Positions 1 to 9,696 of a stretch of 32,000 bases of DNA are shown here, in pieces. A model generated the notes under the pieces. That model worked only from the letters and a program-made list of their open reading frames with translations, was not told where the DNA came from and did no database searches. The stretch comes from Pyrodictium delaneyi. Lineage in GTDB: Archaea; Thermoproteota; Thermoprotei_A; Sulfolobales; Pyrodictiaceae. The translations under genes were made by a program, and so were the position numbers. Each line of letters begins with the position of its first letter. Positions within the stretch are counted from its first letter, which is position 1. The DNA is taken from positions 630,001-662,000 of the forward strand of contig NZ_CP013011.1 of NCBI RefSeq assembly GCF_001412615.1, in the 5' to 3' direction.

Positions 1-1
1 A

Positions 2-1237
2 TTAAGCGAAGCTAGTAACACGACGGAAGGAATAGCTGTAGAAGGGGTATGTACCTTTGAAGAAGCAGCATCGCTTCTCTCGGATAACTATGCTCTCGGT
101 ACGAAGACTAGTCAGTTGAGTCAGCAACCCCCAGGGCCTATAAAGAGCCGGGAAGCCGAGTTTAGGCAGCATGCAGAACTCTTCATAGAGAAAGCTTCGC
201 AGCTCCTAGACCTGTTGCCACGGAATGAGACGCGATACGTAATTGAGATGCTTCTGGATAAAGCGCGTAACATACTCGACAATAGCCCCTATAGTGCTGC
301 TAGTATGGCATTCATGGCATTCTATATGGCGGCATCCAGTGTGGCAATGGAGTATGGGTTTAACTACCTAGAGGAGAAGACGGGGCTAAGTCTTGACGCC
401 GTGCTTGCAAATGCTAGCAGTGTTGTAGAGGCGCGTCTCCAGGAGTTTAGTGGTCGTGAGATATGCGGACTGTGGGGATATGAAGCTCTTGCAGCCGCAT
501 CGGTTCGGCTATATCTAGCCGAGCATGCAGCGGACTCTGATAAGCCTGATGTCCGGGTCCTTGCACTGCTTCGTGCTCTCTCAGCAGAGTCTTGGGCCCG
601 TCTTGCAGACCCAGACTATGGGCCTATGGTTTCCTGTAGTTTGCTAGGCCGGGCTGCCGAATTCTTTGTAGACTATATGCAGCTTTCATACAACTATATA
701 AGGAGTATAGTGGGGCATGTACTCTTTAACATCCCTATGCCTGATGATAGAGATGTTTCCGCATGGATAAGCGATGCGAAGAGGAGTCTCGATGAAGGTA
801 ACTATCCTCTAGCATTAGGGCTAGCGGTATACGTCATATCGTCTCTCGAGGAGTCGTTGTCTCATGGCGCTCGACTTCCAGCGAGCTGTATAGACTCCCA
901 TGTAATGTTTCTGGAAGAAGTGTCGGTGCTTGGCAGTGGTTCGAGTCTCCCGGCAGCCCTTGTACTAGAGTACGCACTGGGCTATGGAGACTACATAGAG
1001 AATGTGACCAAGAATCCATTGCTAAGAGAGAGCCTTGAGATAGATGCAATAACCTGGCTGCTGCACTCGCTGACCGTTGAGGCTTTGACTGCAGACATAC
1101 CGGCGGGATCCCAGACAGTGAGCGTGGCTTGGAGTAACTACTACCTTCTCGGGATAACGGTTGAAGCTGTGACATTAGCAGTAATAGGCTATAGTCTAGC
1201 CGTGATCTCTCGCCGGGCTAGAGCTGAAGAAGTCTAG
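2..1237 (+). CDS. hypothetical protein, probably 5'-partial at window edge; C-terminal membrane anchor
   Basis: The reading frame is open from nt 2 with no in-frame stop. The first in-frame start is a TTG at 116 with no obvious RBS, so the gene likely begins upstream of the window. It ends in a hydrophobic helix (LLGITVEAVTLAVIGYSLAVI) followed by RRARAEE. No family recognised. Confidence 0.45.
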   Translation, partial: LSEASNTTEGIAVEGVCTFEEAASLLSDNYALGTKTSQLSQQPPGPIKSREAEFRQHAELFIEKASQLLDLLPRNETRYVIEMLLDKARNILDNSPYSAASMAFMAFYMAASSVAMEYGFNYLEEKTGLSLDAVLANASSVVEARLQEFSGREICGLWGYEALAAASVRLYLAEHAADSDKPDVRVLALLRALSAESWARLADPDYGPMVSCSLLGRAAEFFVDYMQLSYNYIRSIVGHVLFNIPMPDDRDVSAWISDAKRSLDEGNYPLALGLAVYVISSLEESLSHGARLPASCIDSHVMFLEEVSVLGSGSSLPAALVLEYALGYGDYIENVTKNPLLRESLEIDAITWLLHSLTVEALTADIPAGSQTVSVAWSNYYLLGITVEAVTLAVIGYSLAVISRRARAEEV

Positions 1238-1912
1238 TAGTGTAGACTGTCTGCTTCCTCGAACTTTCTCGGTTTCTCTGTGCTGCCCCTCCTCTATAGA
1301 CTCCTTTCCTATCTCTGCTACTACCCTGGCTATAGGTCCCTTGAAGTCTTCTTCAAGTTTATTGCGTAATGGTGGCTTATAGAGCGCGGCGGCTGGATGA
1401 TATGTTACAGCTATCTTGAGCCGGACACCAGCTATAACTCCTTCATATACTTTACCATGTTGTGTAGTCATGCTATGCCATCTGTGCCCCGCAAGTTCTA
1501 GTAGTCTTCTCGCAGCATGTCTGCCTACGGCTATTATTAGGCGGGGCTTTATCAGTTGGATCTGACGTAGCAGATAGGGTAGACATGCTTCTACTTCATC
1601 ATCTTGCGGGTCGCGGTTCCCTGGAGGTCGGCATTTTACTATATTAGTGATATATACTTCTTCTCTCTTTAAGCCCGCCAACTCTAGGAGTCGTGTGAGC
1701 AGCTGGCCTGCAGCACCTACAAAGGGTCTTCCTTGCATGTCCTCGTTCCGGCCTGGTGCTTCACCTACAATCATTACGTGCGCGGTTACTGGGCCTTCGC
1801 CGGGTACAGGATTACGTCTAGTCTTGTAGAGCCGGCACTTGGTACAGTTCTGGATCTCCTCTACAAGCCTCCTATACTCTTCTTCAACATTGCCTGGGCT
1901 CATAGCAATCAT
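1196..1912 (-). CDS. uracil-DNA glycosylase, family 4 (Fe-S type)
   Basis: Motifs GEAPGRNEDMQGRPFVGAAGQLL and the N-terminal Cys cluster CTKCRLY...; HPAA near the C-terminus. I place the start at ATG 1912 (MIAMSPGN...) rather than the track's 2059, which would overlap the divergent udp gene. Confidence 0.85.
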   Translation of the reverse strand: MIAMSPGNVEEEYRRLVEEIQNCTKCRLYKTRRNPVPGEGPVTAHVMIVGEAPGRNEDMQGRPFVGAAGQLLTRLLELAGLKREEVYITNIVKCRPPGNRDPQDDEVEACLPYLLRQIQLIKPRLIIAVGRHAARRLLELAGHRWHSMTTQHGKVYEGVIAGVRLKIAVTYHPAAALYKPPLRNKLEEDFKGPIARVVAEIGKESIEEGQHRETEKVRGSRQSTLLDFFSSSPARDHG

Positions 1913-2050
1913 GCCCGGCGTGTTGTCGGCCGTCTGGTCTAAGCTTCTAGGCAAACCCTTAGAGTATTCTGCTATGCTGTACACAACTAGGGTAGACACT
2001 GTATGACGGGGCAAACTAGCTCGGCGCGTGCACCTACAGTAGAAGGGAAA

Positions 2051-2854
2051 ATGTACCACATAATGCTTGGTCCAGGCGACATACCGCCCTACGTGCTTCT
2101 ACCCGGCGACCCCGGCCGTATCGAGCAGATAATGGAGACATGGGACGAGGCTAGCGAGGTAGCGTTTCATCGAGAGTATCGTAGCGCCCGGGGAGTATAC
2201 CGTGGTGCTGAGATAGCGGCAGTAAGTACCGGAATAGGCGGATCCTCGACTGCCATAGCTATTGAGGAGCTGGCCCGTATAGGTGTCCACACAATGATAA
2301 GAGTGGGTACAACCGGTGCCATACAGGAGGACGTAAAGGTAGGCAGCCTCATCATAGCGTCAGCAGCAGTACGCTATGACGGTGCAAGTCACGAGTACGC
2401 CCCACCTGAGTATCCGGCATCTGCTAGTCCAGAGGTCGTGTTGGCTCTCGTAGAGGCGGCACGTAGGCTCGGAGTAGACTACCATGTAGGCGTAGTGGCC
2501 TCCACGGCTACATTCCACCTTGGGCAGAGCCGGCCTGGCTACCGTGGCTACGAATGGAGCAAGAGCCGCGAGCGAATAGAGGACCTCCGGCGTATGGGGG
2601 TATTAAGCTTCGAGATGGAGGCTGCAACCCTCTTCACATTAGCAGGGCTCTATGGGTTAAGAGCCGGCTGCGTCTGCGCGGTGATAGCGAACCGGATAAC
2701 AGACGAGTTTGTGCCTGGTGCTGGCGTCAGAGAAGCCATAATGGTAGCTAACGAGGCAGTGAGAATACTCCAGGAAGCTGATCGCGGTAAAGCTGGTATG
2801 ACGCACTCTATAACTGACCTAGCTGAGGCTGTACGCAGACTTTATGGTGACTAA
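2051..2854 (+). CDS. udp: uridine phosphorylase (PNP/UDP family 1)
   Basis: Collinear with E. coli Udp hallmarks as recalled: LPGDPGRIEQI, HREY, STGIGGSSTAIAIEELARIG, RVGTTGAIQ, VRYDGAS, FEMEAATL, GLRAG. Start taken at ATG 2051 (MYHIML). Confidence 0.88.
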   Translation: MYHIMLGPGDIPPYVLLPGDPGRIEQIMETWDEASEVAFHREYRSARGVYRGAEIAAVSTGIGGSSTAIAIEELARIGVHTMIRVGTTGAIQEDVKVGSLIIASAAVRYDGASHEYAPPEYPASASPEVVLALVEAARRLGVDYHVGVVASTATFHLGQSRPGYRGYEWSKSRERIEDLRRMGVLSFEMEAATLFTLAGLYGLRAGCVCAVIANRITDEFVPGAGVREAIMVANEAVRILQEADRGKAGMTHSITDLAEAVRRLYGD

Positions 2855-2948
2855 TCAGTATGTCGAAGCATGCATAATAATACTATAGGAGTTCGTGCCT
2901 CAGATGGCAGTTAGTAACCTCAATGAGGGGTATATTTGTTACCGTGAT

Positions 2949-4136
2949 TTACGCTCTCTCTGCCACTTTATAAACAGTTAGCAGCAAAAACGCAGCTACA
3001 TGAAACAGTATAGCTACGCCTGGTACGAGGAATGGTGAGTACTCATAAGCATGGCCTGCCACATAGATGCCTAGGGTAGATGCTAGGCTTACGAGCATGT
3101 TTAGTCGGCCGGTCTCTATACCTACGTGGTTCGCGGTAGTTAGTAGCTTGTTTACGGCCGAAACATAGGTACTCAAGGCTAGCGTCTCCATCACTGCTGC
3201 AGGGGTTACTGCTAATAGCCACGTTTTACCAAGTAGCGGGATTAAGGAGACTAGGAACAATGAAGCCATGAATGCCGCCTCGGCTAAGAGCAGACTAGTA
3301 CGGGGACCGAATCTGTCTGTGAGAGCGCCAGAGAAGTAGCCTATTAACAGCCACGAGGCCGCCGAGATAGAGATGTATAGTCCTGGCGCGTCCTCCGGCA
3401 GCCCAAACCCCTTAACGAAGACAGCGCCCATGAGTGCTATCCATGTCCCCACGCCGGCTCTAGATAGCAGCGCGTAGAGGTATAGTGATGTAAGCCTTCG
3501 GTCAGGAAGCGATATCAGTGTCTTCAACGGTGTGCGTCTTTTGGTGACACTGCTTAGCCTATTCCGGAGTAGAGCATAAACAAGCAGAGCTGCAACGAGC
3601 GCTGGCGTTCCTATAGCGAGAAAGCCGAGCCTATACCACTCAATACCCCTTCCGGCGAAGTAGTATGCAAAGATTAATGGGCCAGCTATCCGTGAGACAT
3701 TGAAGGCTATGCTAACAAGTGCTATCCCACGGCCTCGCCAGGTGAACGGTAGGAGAGCTGATAGTGCTGTGTTACGTGATGGAACCCATAGGGCTAATGA
3801 GAGGTTCATAAGAGTGTAGGCTGCCACGACGCCTACTATGCCGTGTACAGACCATACTAGCAGCCCCGCCAGCCCCATGAGGGCTACAGACATGCTTATT
3901 AGGACGATGTAGAGCCCTCGGTCAGATAGTATGCCTGCTAGGGGGAATCCTAGGGCTTCTATAAGCTTGGCTAGGGAGAGTCCAGCGCCTATTTCGGCAC
4001 CACTATACCCCTGGAGTGCTAGCAGTGCGGAGCTATATGCTCGGTACACTGGTATAACCATACCACGAGCGGCATTCGCCACTATAAGGGGGAGAACAGC
4101 CGTAGCTGTTGAATGGATGCTGCTGCGCCGCTCCAC
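2949..4136 (-). CDS. MFS transporter
   Basis: About 12 hydrophobic segments. MFS motif-A-like loops occur in both halves (GILSDRGL and GALTDRFGPR). Confidence 0.7.
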   Translation of the reverse strand: MERRSSIHSTATAVLPLIVANAARGMVIPVYRAYSSALLALQGYSGAEIGAGLSLAKLIEALGFPLAGILSDRGLYIVLISMSVALMGLAGLLVWSVHGIVGVVAAYTLMNLSLALWVPSRNTALSALLPFTWRGRGIALVSIAFNVSRIAGPLIFAYYFAGRGIEWYRLGFLAIGTPALVAALLVYALLRNRLSSVTKRRTPLKTLISLPDRRLTSLYLYALLSRAGVGTWIALMGAVFVKGFGLPEDAPGLYISISAASWLLIGYFSGALTDRFGPRTSLLLAEAAFMASLFLVSLIPLLGKTWLLAVTPAAVMETLALSTYVSAVNKLLTTANHVGIETGRLNMLVSLASTLGIYVAGHAYEYSPFLVPGVAILFHVAAFLLLTVYKVAERA

Positions 4137-4195
4137 GGGGCCTCCCTTGTCAGCGCGGCCGCTTCAGAGGTAGCCAGGGAGCGAGGCGAGGAGCT

Positions 4196-4405
4196 ATGGG
4201 GATTAAAGTCTCGGTGCTGATACTCCCCGAACACCGCTCCACGACGGTGGAGCTGGAGACTGGGCTAGTCCGGGAGCTGATACACCGGCTAGGCTATGCG
4301 ACGGAAGGTGTTATAGTGATAAAGAATGGACGCCCGCTACTCGAGGACGAGCAGCTGGAGGACGGCGACAATGTCACAGTCTACAGAGCGGCAAGCGGCG
4401 GTTAG
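4196..4405 (+). CDS. ThiS/MoaD-like ubiquitin-fold sulfur carrier (TtuB/SAMP-like), C-terminal Gly-Gly
   Basis: 69 aa from ATG 4196 (MGIKVSVL...), ending ...VYRAASGG directly followed by the stop. It overlaps the downstream PP-loop gene. The N-terminal extension in the track (from 4109) overlaps the divergent MFS gene and looks non-protein-like. Confidence 0.7.
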   Translation: MGIKVSVLILPEHRSTTVELETGLVRELIHRLGYATEGVIVIKNGRPLLEDEQLEDGDNVTVYRAASGG

Positions 4406-5393
4406 AAGATGTAGTATCTGCGGAGCACCAGCAGTAGCACGTATCCCTTATGCCCGGCTTACTTTATGCCCTCAGCACTTCATGGAGTTCATAGAGCGTA
4501 AGGTGGAGCGTGTTCTCCGCAGAGTTGGTGCCTTGAGGAATGGTGTCCGGATACTTGCAGCGGTCTCTGGCGGCAAGGATAGTGCTGCGATGTTGACGGC
4601 ACTGGCTAGGGTGGCAAAACGTCATGGTGTTGAGGTAATAGGGCTACATCTTGTCCTCGGTTTTGGACCCTACTCTGAGAGGAGTCGTAAGGCGGCGGAG
4701 GAGGCTTGTAAGGCTAACAAGGTACCATGCATTATGCTCGATATTGACAAGACGCTGGGTGCACCGGTACATGTGATAGCAAGGCGGGCTCGGAGGCCTG
4801 TGTGCAGCGTCTGTGGCCTCATAAAACGCTACGTCATAAATGCTGCAGCGGTAGAGCTGGGTGCTGACTACGTAGCTATGGGGCATAATGCTGACGACAT
4901 AATAGCGTATACAGTGAAGATGTTTCTAAACCAGGATCTGGCAGCCATAGCTAAGTTTGGTCCAGCTACCGAGAGTATAGATGGTATAGCGGTTGCTCGG
5001 CTCCGGCCACTCTACGAGGTGACAGAGAAGGAGTCCTTACTCTACGCTATAGTATCGTCTACACCGTTCCTCCATGAAGAGTGTCCATTTAGGCCAGAGG
5101 TGCCAATAGAGGAGCGCGTGAAAGAGTTCATGAACAAGGTTGAGGAAGAGCATCCGGGGATGAAGATAAGCTACATACGTAGACTTGCATTGAACATAGA
5201 TGTGTACAAGAAGCTGGCTGAAGCGAAAAGGTGGGAGATACAGAGGTGTAAGAGCTGTGACCTCTTAAGTGCTGGCAGCGAGTGTAGCTTTTGCCGTCTC
5301 ACAAGAAGGACACTTGGAGAACCTAAGGGCAAGCATATCAGAGAGACTGTAAGGAGACTAGCAGCTGAGATACCAAGGCTAAGTGATGGGTAG
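4371..5393 (+). CDS. TtuA/Ncs6-like tRNA 2-thiolation PP-loop ATPase
   Basis: PP-loop SGGKDS. N-terminal CSIC...CPQH and C-terminal CKSC...CSFC zinc-finger-like pairs. Central CSVC plus EEC, consistent with Fe-S ligands. ATG 4371 overlaps the ThiS-like gene by 35 nt. Confidence 0.8.
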   Translation: MSQSTERQAAVRRCSICGAPAVARIPYARLTLCPQHFMEFIERKVERVLRRVGALRNGVRILAAVSGGKDSAAMLTALARVAKRHGVEVIGLHLVLGFGPYSERSRKAAEEACKANKVPCIMLDIDKTLGAPVHVIARRARRPVCSVCGLIKRYVINAAAVELGADYVAMGHNADDIIAYTVKMFLNQDLAAIAKFGPATESIDGIAVARLRPLYEVTEKESLLYAIVSSTPFLHEECPFRPEVPIEERVKEFMNKVEEEHPGMKISYIRRLALNIDVYKKLAEAKRWEIQRCKSCDLLSAGSECSFCRLTRRTLGEPKGKHIRETVRRLAAEIPRLSDG

Positions 5394-5450
5394 AGGAGTA
5401 TTAACTCCTCTCATGCATGTTCAAGCTCTTCTTGAATTGGTATAAAGGAG

Positions 5451-6377
5451 GTGTCCGATGCCTTAGCCAGTGATGCAGTAGCTAGGATAATAGTTGCTTT
5501 GATTCTATTTATTGCGGGGTTTGTCACGGGCCGTAAAAGGATGGCAAACAATTTATCCAAGGCAATTTCGAAGCTCTTGTTATGGTTCTCTATACCTTTT
5601 ATACTACTGTATAAGGTTTATACAGTTGATCCGACGACGGCGCTCAAATATACCATGCTAGTTATGGTGAGCGCGCTAGGTTCATTAATAACAGCCGCTG
5701 TCGTAGTGCCGCGTTTACTGCGAAGCCTCCCTGCTCCCAGCATAGGTGCCGCGATACTAGCTGCTGGTATACACAACTCCGCATTCCTGCCTATACCGCT
5801 AATGCTCATACTCTACGGTGATGCGGGCCCGGCAGCCCTATACTCGGCCATACTCAACGTCATAATAGTTATCGTCGTTCCTGTGATCGTTGGAATGTAT
5901 AGCGAAAAAGTAGTTGGGGGAAGCACGGCTCGACGTATTGTAAACAGTCTGGCCCGCTTCCCGCCATTCTATGCGCTTTTGGCGGGCATACTGCTCCGGG
6001 TCTTGTGGCCCAGTGAGACTCTATACACGCTCCTAGAGGTAGCCGGTAGGGCAGCAGCTGAGTCCACCCTATCTAGCTTCTACCTTGTAGGGACAACGCT
6101 AGCATTAGCAGGACTAGCGGTAGACCGCCCAGTGCTCGTTGTCGCTGCCTGGAGGTTCCTAGTTGAGCCCCTCCTGACAATCGCGGCGTCAATAATACTT
6201 GGTCTTGAAGGGATATGGCTTGCAGGAGCACTCATAGAGGCATGTATGCCGCCCGCGACGATGAACATAGTGTTCGCTATAAGCTATGGACTTGACGAGA
6301 AGCTTGTAGCAAGAGCTATAGGTTTCACAATGCCGCTATCAATAATAGCGGCAATCCTTGTGCGTCTAATAGTCTAG
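5451..6377 (+). CDS. AEC (auxin efflux carrier) family permease
   Basis: About 10 TM segments in two halves. C-terminal motif ACMPPATMNIVFA is typical of the Mem_trans family. GTG start lies next to AAGGAGG. Confidence 0.6.
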   Translation: MSDALASDAVARIIVALILFIAGFVTGRKRMANNLSKAISKLLLWFSIPFILLYKVYTVDPTTALKYTMLVMVSALGSLITAAVVVPRLLRSLPAPSIGAAILAAGIHNSAFLPIPLMLILYGDAGPAALYSAILNVIIVIVVPVIVGMYSEKVVGGSTARRIVNSLARFPPFYALLAGILLRVLWPSETLYTLLEVAGRAAAESTLSSFYLVGTTLALAGLAVDRPVLVVAAWRFLVEPLLTIAASIILGLEGIWLAGALIEACMPPATMNIVFAISYGLDEKLVARAIGFTMPLSIIAAILVRLIV

Positions 6378-6426
6378 AGAAGTAGCTCGATAGATGCAGA
6401 GAATATAGCGAAGAGGGCTGGCGGCC

Positions 6427-7803
6427 ATGAAGCCGGTAGACAGGATAGCTGGCGACAACGTCGTAGAGCTAGAAACCCTAGATACAAGCCCAACAGAAAC
6501 TAGCAAGCCCATGGCCATAAATCAAGTAGCCATAATCCCGAGACCCCGCGTAGTCTTAGAAGTACTTGATGAAACATTGCCGCAACCCTCTAAACTCAGA
6601 ATAGAGTTACCGGGCCTAGAGACAATTAAACTCGAGAAGCCAATCCTACTGGAACCAGAGCGCCGACTACCCGAGACCAGCATAGATCCCTTAGAAGCGT
6701 TGTTTGGTACTTCGAGGCTACGCGTCTATAGCGAACGTCCACTATTGGTACTTGCCCGTAAGCCGCTAAACATGCGGTATGACTACATAGAGCTGCTAAA
6801 GCGTGTATTGCGCGAGATTTACCGTGTCTCGTGGAGAGCGCCACTCTACACACAGCATGTAGCTAGGAGACTTACCGAATACCAGCTTGCAATGATGCGT
6901 GCAGGCGCAGCCATCTACGTGGTGGATCTAGATGAACTCGCGGGAGGCGAGGCTGAAACCGAGAGGATCACTACTAGTTCGCGGGTGGTAAAGAGCCTGG
7001 AGGATCGTGCTAGAGAGGCATATGCACAAGGTTTTGGATTCTTAGTCCTCTATGCTTCCCAGTACATGTTACAGAACATACAGAGGCTATGGGAGCCCCG
7101 TCTCGCTAGCCGCGGTTTACTCTATACTCGTTTGCCGCCACCCCTTGAGCTAAGCATAGTCGAGGACGACGCCGTTTTCGACCTAGTAGCTACTATGTAT
7201 GGGCTAGAGCCGAGTGACATACAAGGTGCCTCTAGCCTAGTAGATGCAATAATCATGGCGGAGCATCGTTATTACAGCTTCCTAGAAGCGTTTGCAAATG
7301 ACCCAACTTTGGCGCTTCTCTCACGGCCGCCAGTAGACGATGAGGAAACAAGACCCGATGAAGGATTTATTCACTATGCATTCAAGATGGCAGTAGTAAG
7401 CTACTTGCTTGAAGCAGGATTCGACGAAAGAAGCATTGACGTAGAAGTAAGAACGTCTAGCAGCATAGCCCTAGACATTATGGCCAGCCGAGGCTGGTCT
7501 AGCGTTCTGGTAGTTGAAGTGGAGACGCTCTACGGTACCGGTAACCCTGTTGTGAGACTTTCCTCAGTAGTACGGGACAGACTGGCCATGGGATATAGTG
7601 TTTGGATCGTCATTCCCCCATTCCAGGCATCCATCTACGCGCCACAGCTTCTGTCGCTGCTGCGGAAATATGATGGCATAGAGCGTGTAGAATTTTACAC
7701 TCTAGACATGTCCTCGGGCTCGCTAGTCTCGCTAGAAGAACATATAAAGAAACTAGAAACAATGGCAGCGAGGCTTGTGGAGGTCAAAACTGGCAGCATG
7801 TAA
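6427..7803 (+). CDS. hypothetical protein with possible C-terminal PD-(D/E)xK-like nuclease fold
   Basis: Long ORF with host-like composition, ATG start, no P-loop and no TM segments. The C-terminal ~130 aa shows an E...D(IM)...VVEVE pattern (ALDIMASRGWSSVLVVEVETLYG). The family assignment is tentative. Confidence 0.5.
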   Translation: MKPVDRIAGDNVVELETLDTSPTETSKPMAINQVAIIPRPRVVLEVLDETLPQPSKLRIELPGLETIKLEKPILLEPERRLPETSIDPLEALFGTSRLRVYSERPLLVLARKPLNMRYDYIELLKRVLREIYRVSWRAPLYTQHVARRLTEYQLAMMRAGAAIYVVDLDELAGGEAETERITTSSRVVKSLEDRAREAYAQGFGFLVLYASQYMLQNIQRLWEPRLASRGLLYTRLPPPLELSIVEDDAVFDLVATMYGLEPSDIQGASSLVDAIIMAEHRYYSFLEAFANDPTLALLSRPPVDDEETRPDEGFIHYAFKMAVVSYLLEAGFDERSIDVEVRTSSSIALDIMASRGWSSVLVVEVETLYGTGNPVVRLSSVVRDRLAMGYSVWIVIPPFQASIYAPQLLSLLRKYDGIERVEFYTLDMSSGSLVSLEEHIKKLETMAARLVEVKTGSM

Positions 7804-7811
7804 TGAAACAG

Positions 7812-8669
7812 CTAGCGTCGCCACACAGCTGCCGGAGGCCGTACTCCAGCCCTTTCGTATATCCATGATATCACTGTGAGAGCTACCACTACCACTATGT
7901 ATGGCACTGCATCAGCAAGTGCGGCGTGTACACCTATTTCCTGGAGTAGCGGTGTAACGGCATAAAGTATGCCAAGAAGATATGCAGCAGCCACAACGCC
8001 CACGGGGTGCCAATAGCCCAGGATTACGGTGCCCAGGCTAAGCCAGCCCCAGCCTATGGCTCGTCCAGCGCTCCAACGGCCATTAGAGGGACCAGCTAGG
8101 AAAAATGCCCCTGCAGCTCCAGCGGCAGCTCCTGCCACAATCAACGCGATTATGCGCATCCTGGTTACATCTACGCCCATCATCCGTGCAGCTTCTTCAT
8201 TCTCGCCAAGGCTCCTTAGCGCATAGCCGCGCCATGAACGGTAAAGGATTATGTAAAGTAATAGTGGCAATACCAACATAACTAAAACCATGGCTGCGTC
8301 CTCTCCTAGTGGTGAAAGCGCGGGGGCTAATACGCCTTTAGTAGCAGAGCCTATTACGTCGCCGAGCCCTATGCCGAGAAATACAAGAGCAAGTCCAGTC
8401 ACAGCTTGATCAGCCTTCAGTCCTATAACTAGGAGTGCATAGACTAGTGCAAGTAGAATGCCTGCAAGAATACCTGCAACGAACCCGGCTGCAAGTGAGC
8501 CAGTAGATACAGCCACGTATGCGGCGAGAGCAGAACCAAGGTAGAGCATGCCTTCAAGGCCCAGATTTATCAAGCCGGTTCTCTCTAGCACAAGTTCTCC
8601 AAGCGCGGCGAGTGCTAGCACAGTGGCTTCAGGGGCTCCCTGTACGAGTAACGCTACTACATCAACCAT
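7812..8669 (-). CDS. ABC transporter permease (BPD_transp_2 type, CUT2/BMP family)
   Basis: Polytopic membrane protein. Its ATG overlaps the stop of the upstream permease by 8 nt, placing it in an operon with the dual-NBD ATPase. Confidence 0.85.
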   Translation of the reverse strand: MVDVVALLVQGAPEATVLALAALGELVLERTGLINLGLEGMLYLGSALAAYVAVSTGSLAAGFVAGILAGILLALVYALLVIGLKADQAVTGLALVFLGIGLGDVIGSATKGVLAPALSPLGEDAAMVLVMLVLPLLLYIILYRSWRGYALRSLGENEEAARMMGVDVTRMRIIALIVAGAAAGAAGAFFLAGPSNGRWSAGRAIGWGWLSLGTVILGYWHPVGVVAAAYLLGILYAVTPLLQEIGVHAALADAVPYIVVVVALTVISWIYERAGVRPPAAVWRR

Positions 8670-9696
8670 CGTGTATCACCACCTTGTAGCGGGCTAGCGT
8701 CGAGAAGGCAAGCACTGAGAGAACAATTACAGCTTCAAAGGCGAGCACGAAGCTGGCAGGGATACCCTGGAGTTGGAGACTCACGAACATGTTGTAGAGG
8801 AGTGTTATGAGGAGCCCAGCCGCTATCGTGGCGGCAGGTCTAAGGCCTGCAAGCCATGCAGCGAGGATACCCATGTAGCCGTAGCCGAGGCCTTGTTTGC
8901 CAAGACTTAGGAGCTGGTGCTGCTCTGAGACCATGTACAAGCCCCCACCGAGCCCAGCGGCGGCTCCCGCAAGTAACGCTACAGCCAGGATGGCGCGCCC
9001 AGGGTTTATGCCGTAAGTCTCTGCAGCGCGTCGTGCTCGGCTAATGGAGTCTACAGCTACGCCGAGCCGTGTATAGATATAGAGTGCCTCTAGAAGAGCG
9101 ATGAAGATGGTGGCTATGACAGCAGCAGCTATACCGCTGACCCAGAACTTGTCGGGGAGCGGCTCGGTACGTGTGAATGGGCCGGACTGCCAAGGCCCGG
9201 CGACTAGATAGTTAACCAGAGCAACGGCTATGTAGTTCAGCATGAGGCTTACTAACGTCTCGTTGGCACCGAGATAGACACGTAGAATGCCCACAATGAA
9301 TCCGTAAAGTGCTCCTGCTAGGGCTGCTGCCAGGACGGCAACAGCCAAGGCGAGAACTGTTGGTATTGTGGATAATTTGAAATATAGTAGACCGTAGGCG
9401 GCTACAGCGCCCAGGATTACCTGGCCCTCAGACCCTATAGTTATGAAGCCAGCGCGGTAGGCTAACGCGAGACCAGCCGCAGAAGCAGCTATGGGAGCAA
9501 AGTAGGGGAGAGATAAGAGCCAAAATCTCGGCTCCGATAGGTTGACATAGAATGCTCGTGCAACACCCGTTACTCCAACCGGGGTGAGCGATCCAAGCAG
9601 TACTGAGATGAGGAATCCTACACCAAGCCCGGCAAGGCCGTAGAGGAGCGGGTTCCTCCTCTCATTCGGCGCGCGCGGCTCGAGAGTCAGCCTCAA
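8662..9696 (-). CDS. ABC transporter permease (BPD_transp_2 type, CUT2/BMP family)
   Basis: Polytopic membrane protein. I place the start at TTG 9696, preceded by AGAGGGTGG. The 51 codons upstream in the track ORF (to 9849) are Pro/Gly-rich and not protein-like. Confidence 0.75.
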   Translation of the reverse strand: MRLTLEPRAPNERRNPLLYGLAGLGVGFLISVLLGSLTPVGVTGVARAFYVNLSEPRFWLLSLPYFAPIAASAAGLALAYRAGFITIGSEGQVILGAVAAYGLLYFKLSTIPTVLALAVAVLAAALAGALYGFIVGILRVYLGANETLVSLMLNYIAVALVNYLVAGPWQSGPFTRTEPLPDKFWVSGIAAAVIATIFIALLEALYIYTRLGVAVDSISRARRAAETYGINPGRAILAVALLAGAAAGLGGGLYMVSEQHQLLSLGKQGLGYGYMGILAAWLAGLRPAATIAAGLLITLLYNMFVSLQLQGIPASFVLAFEAVIVLSVLAFSTLARYKVVIHDG

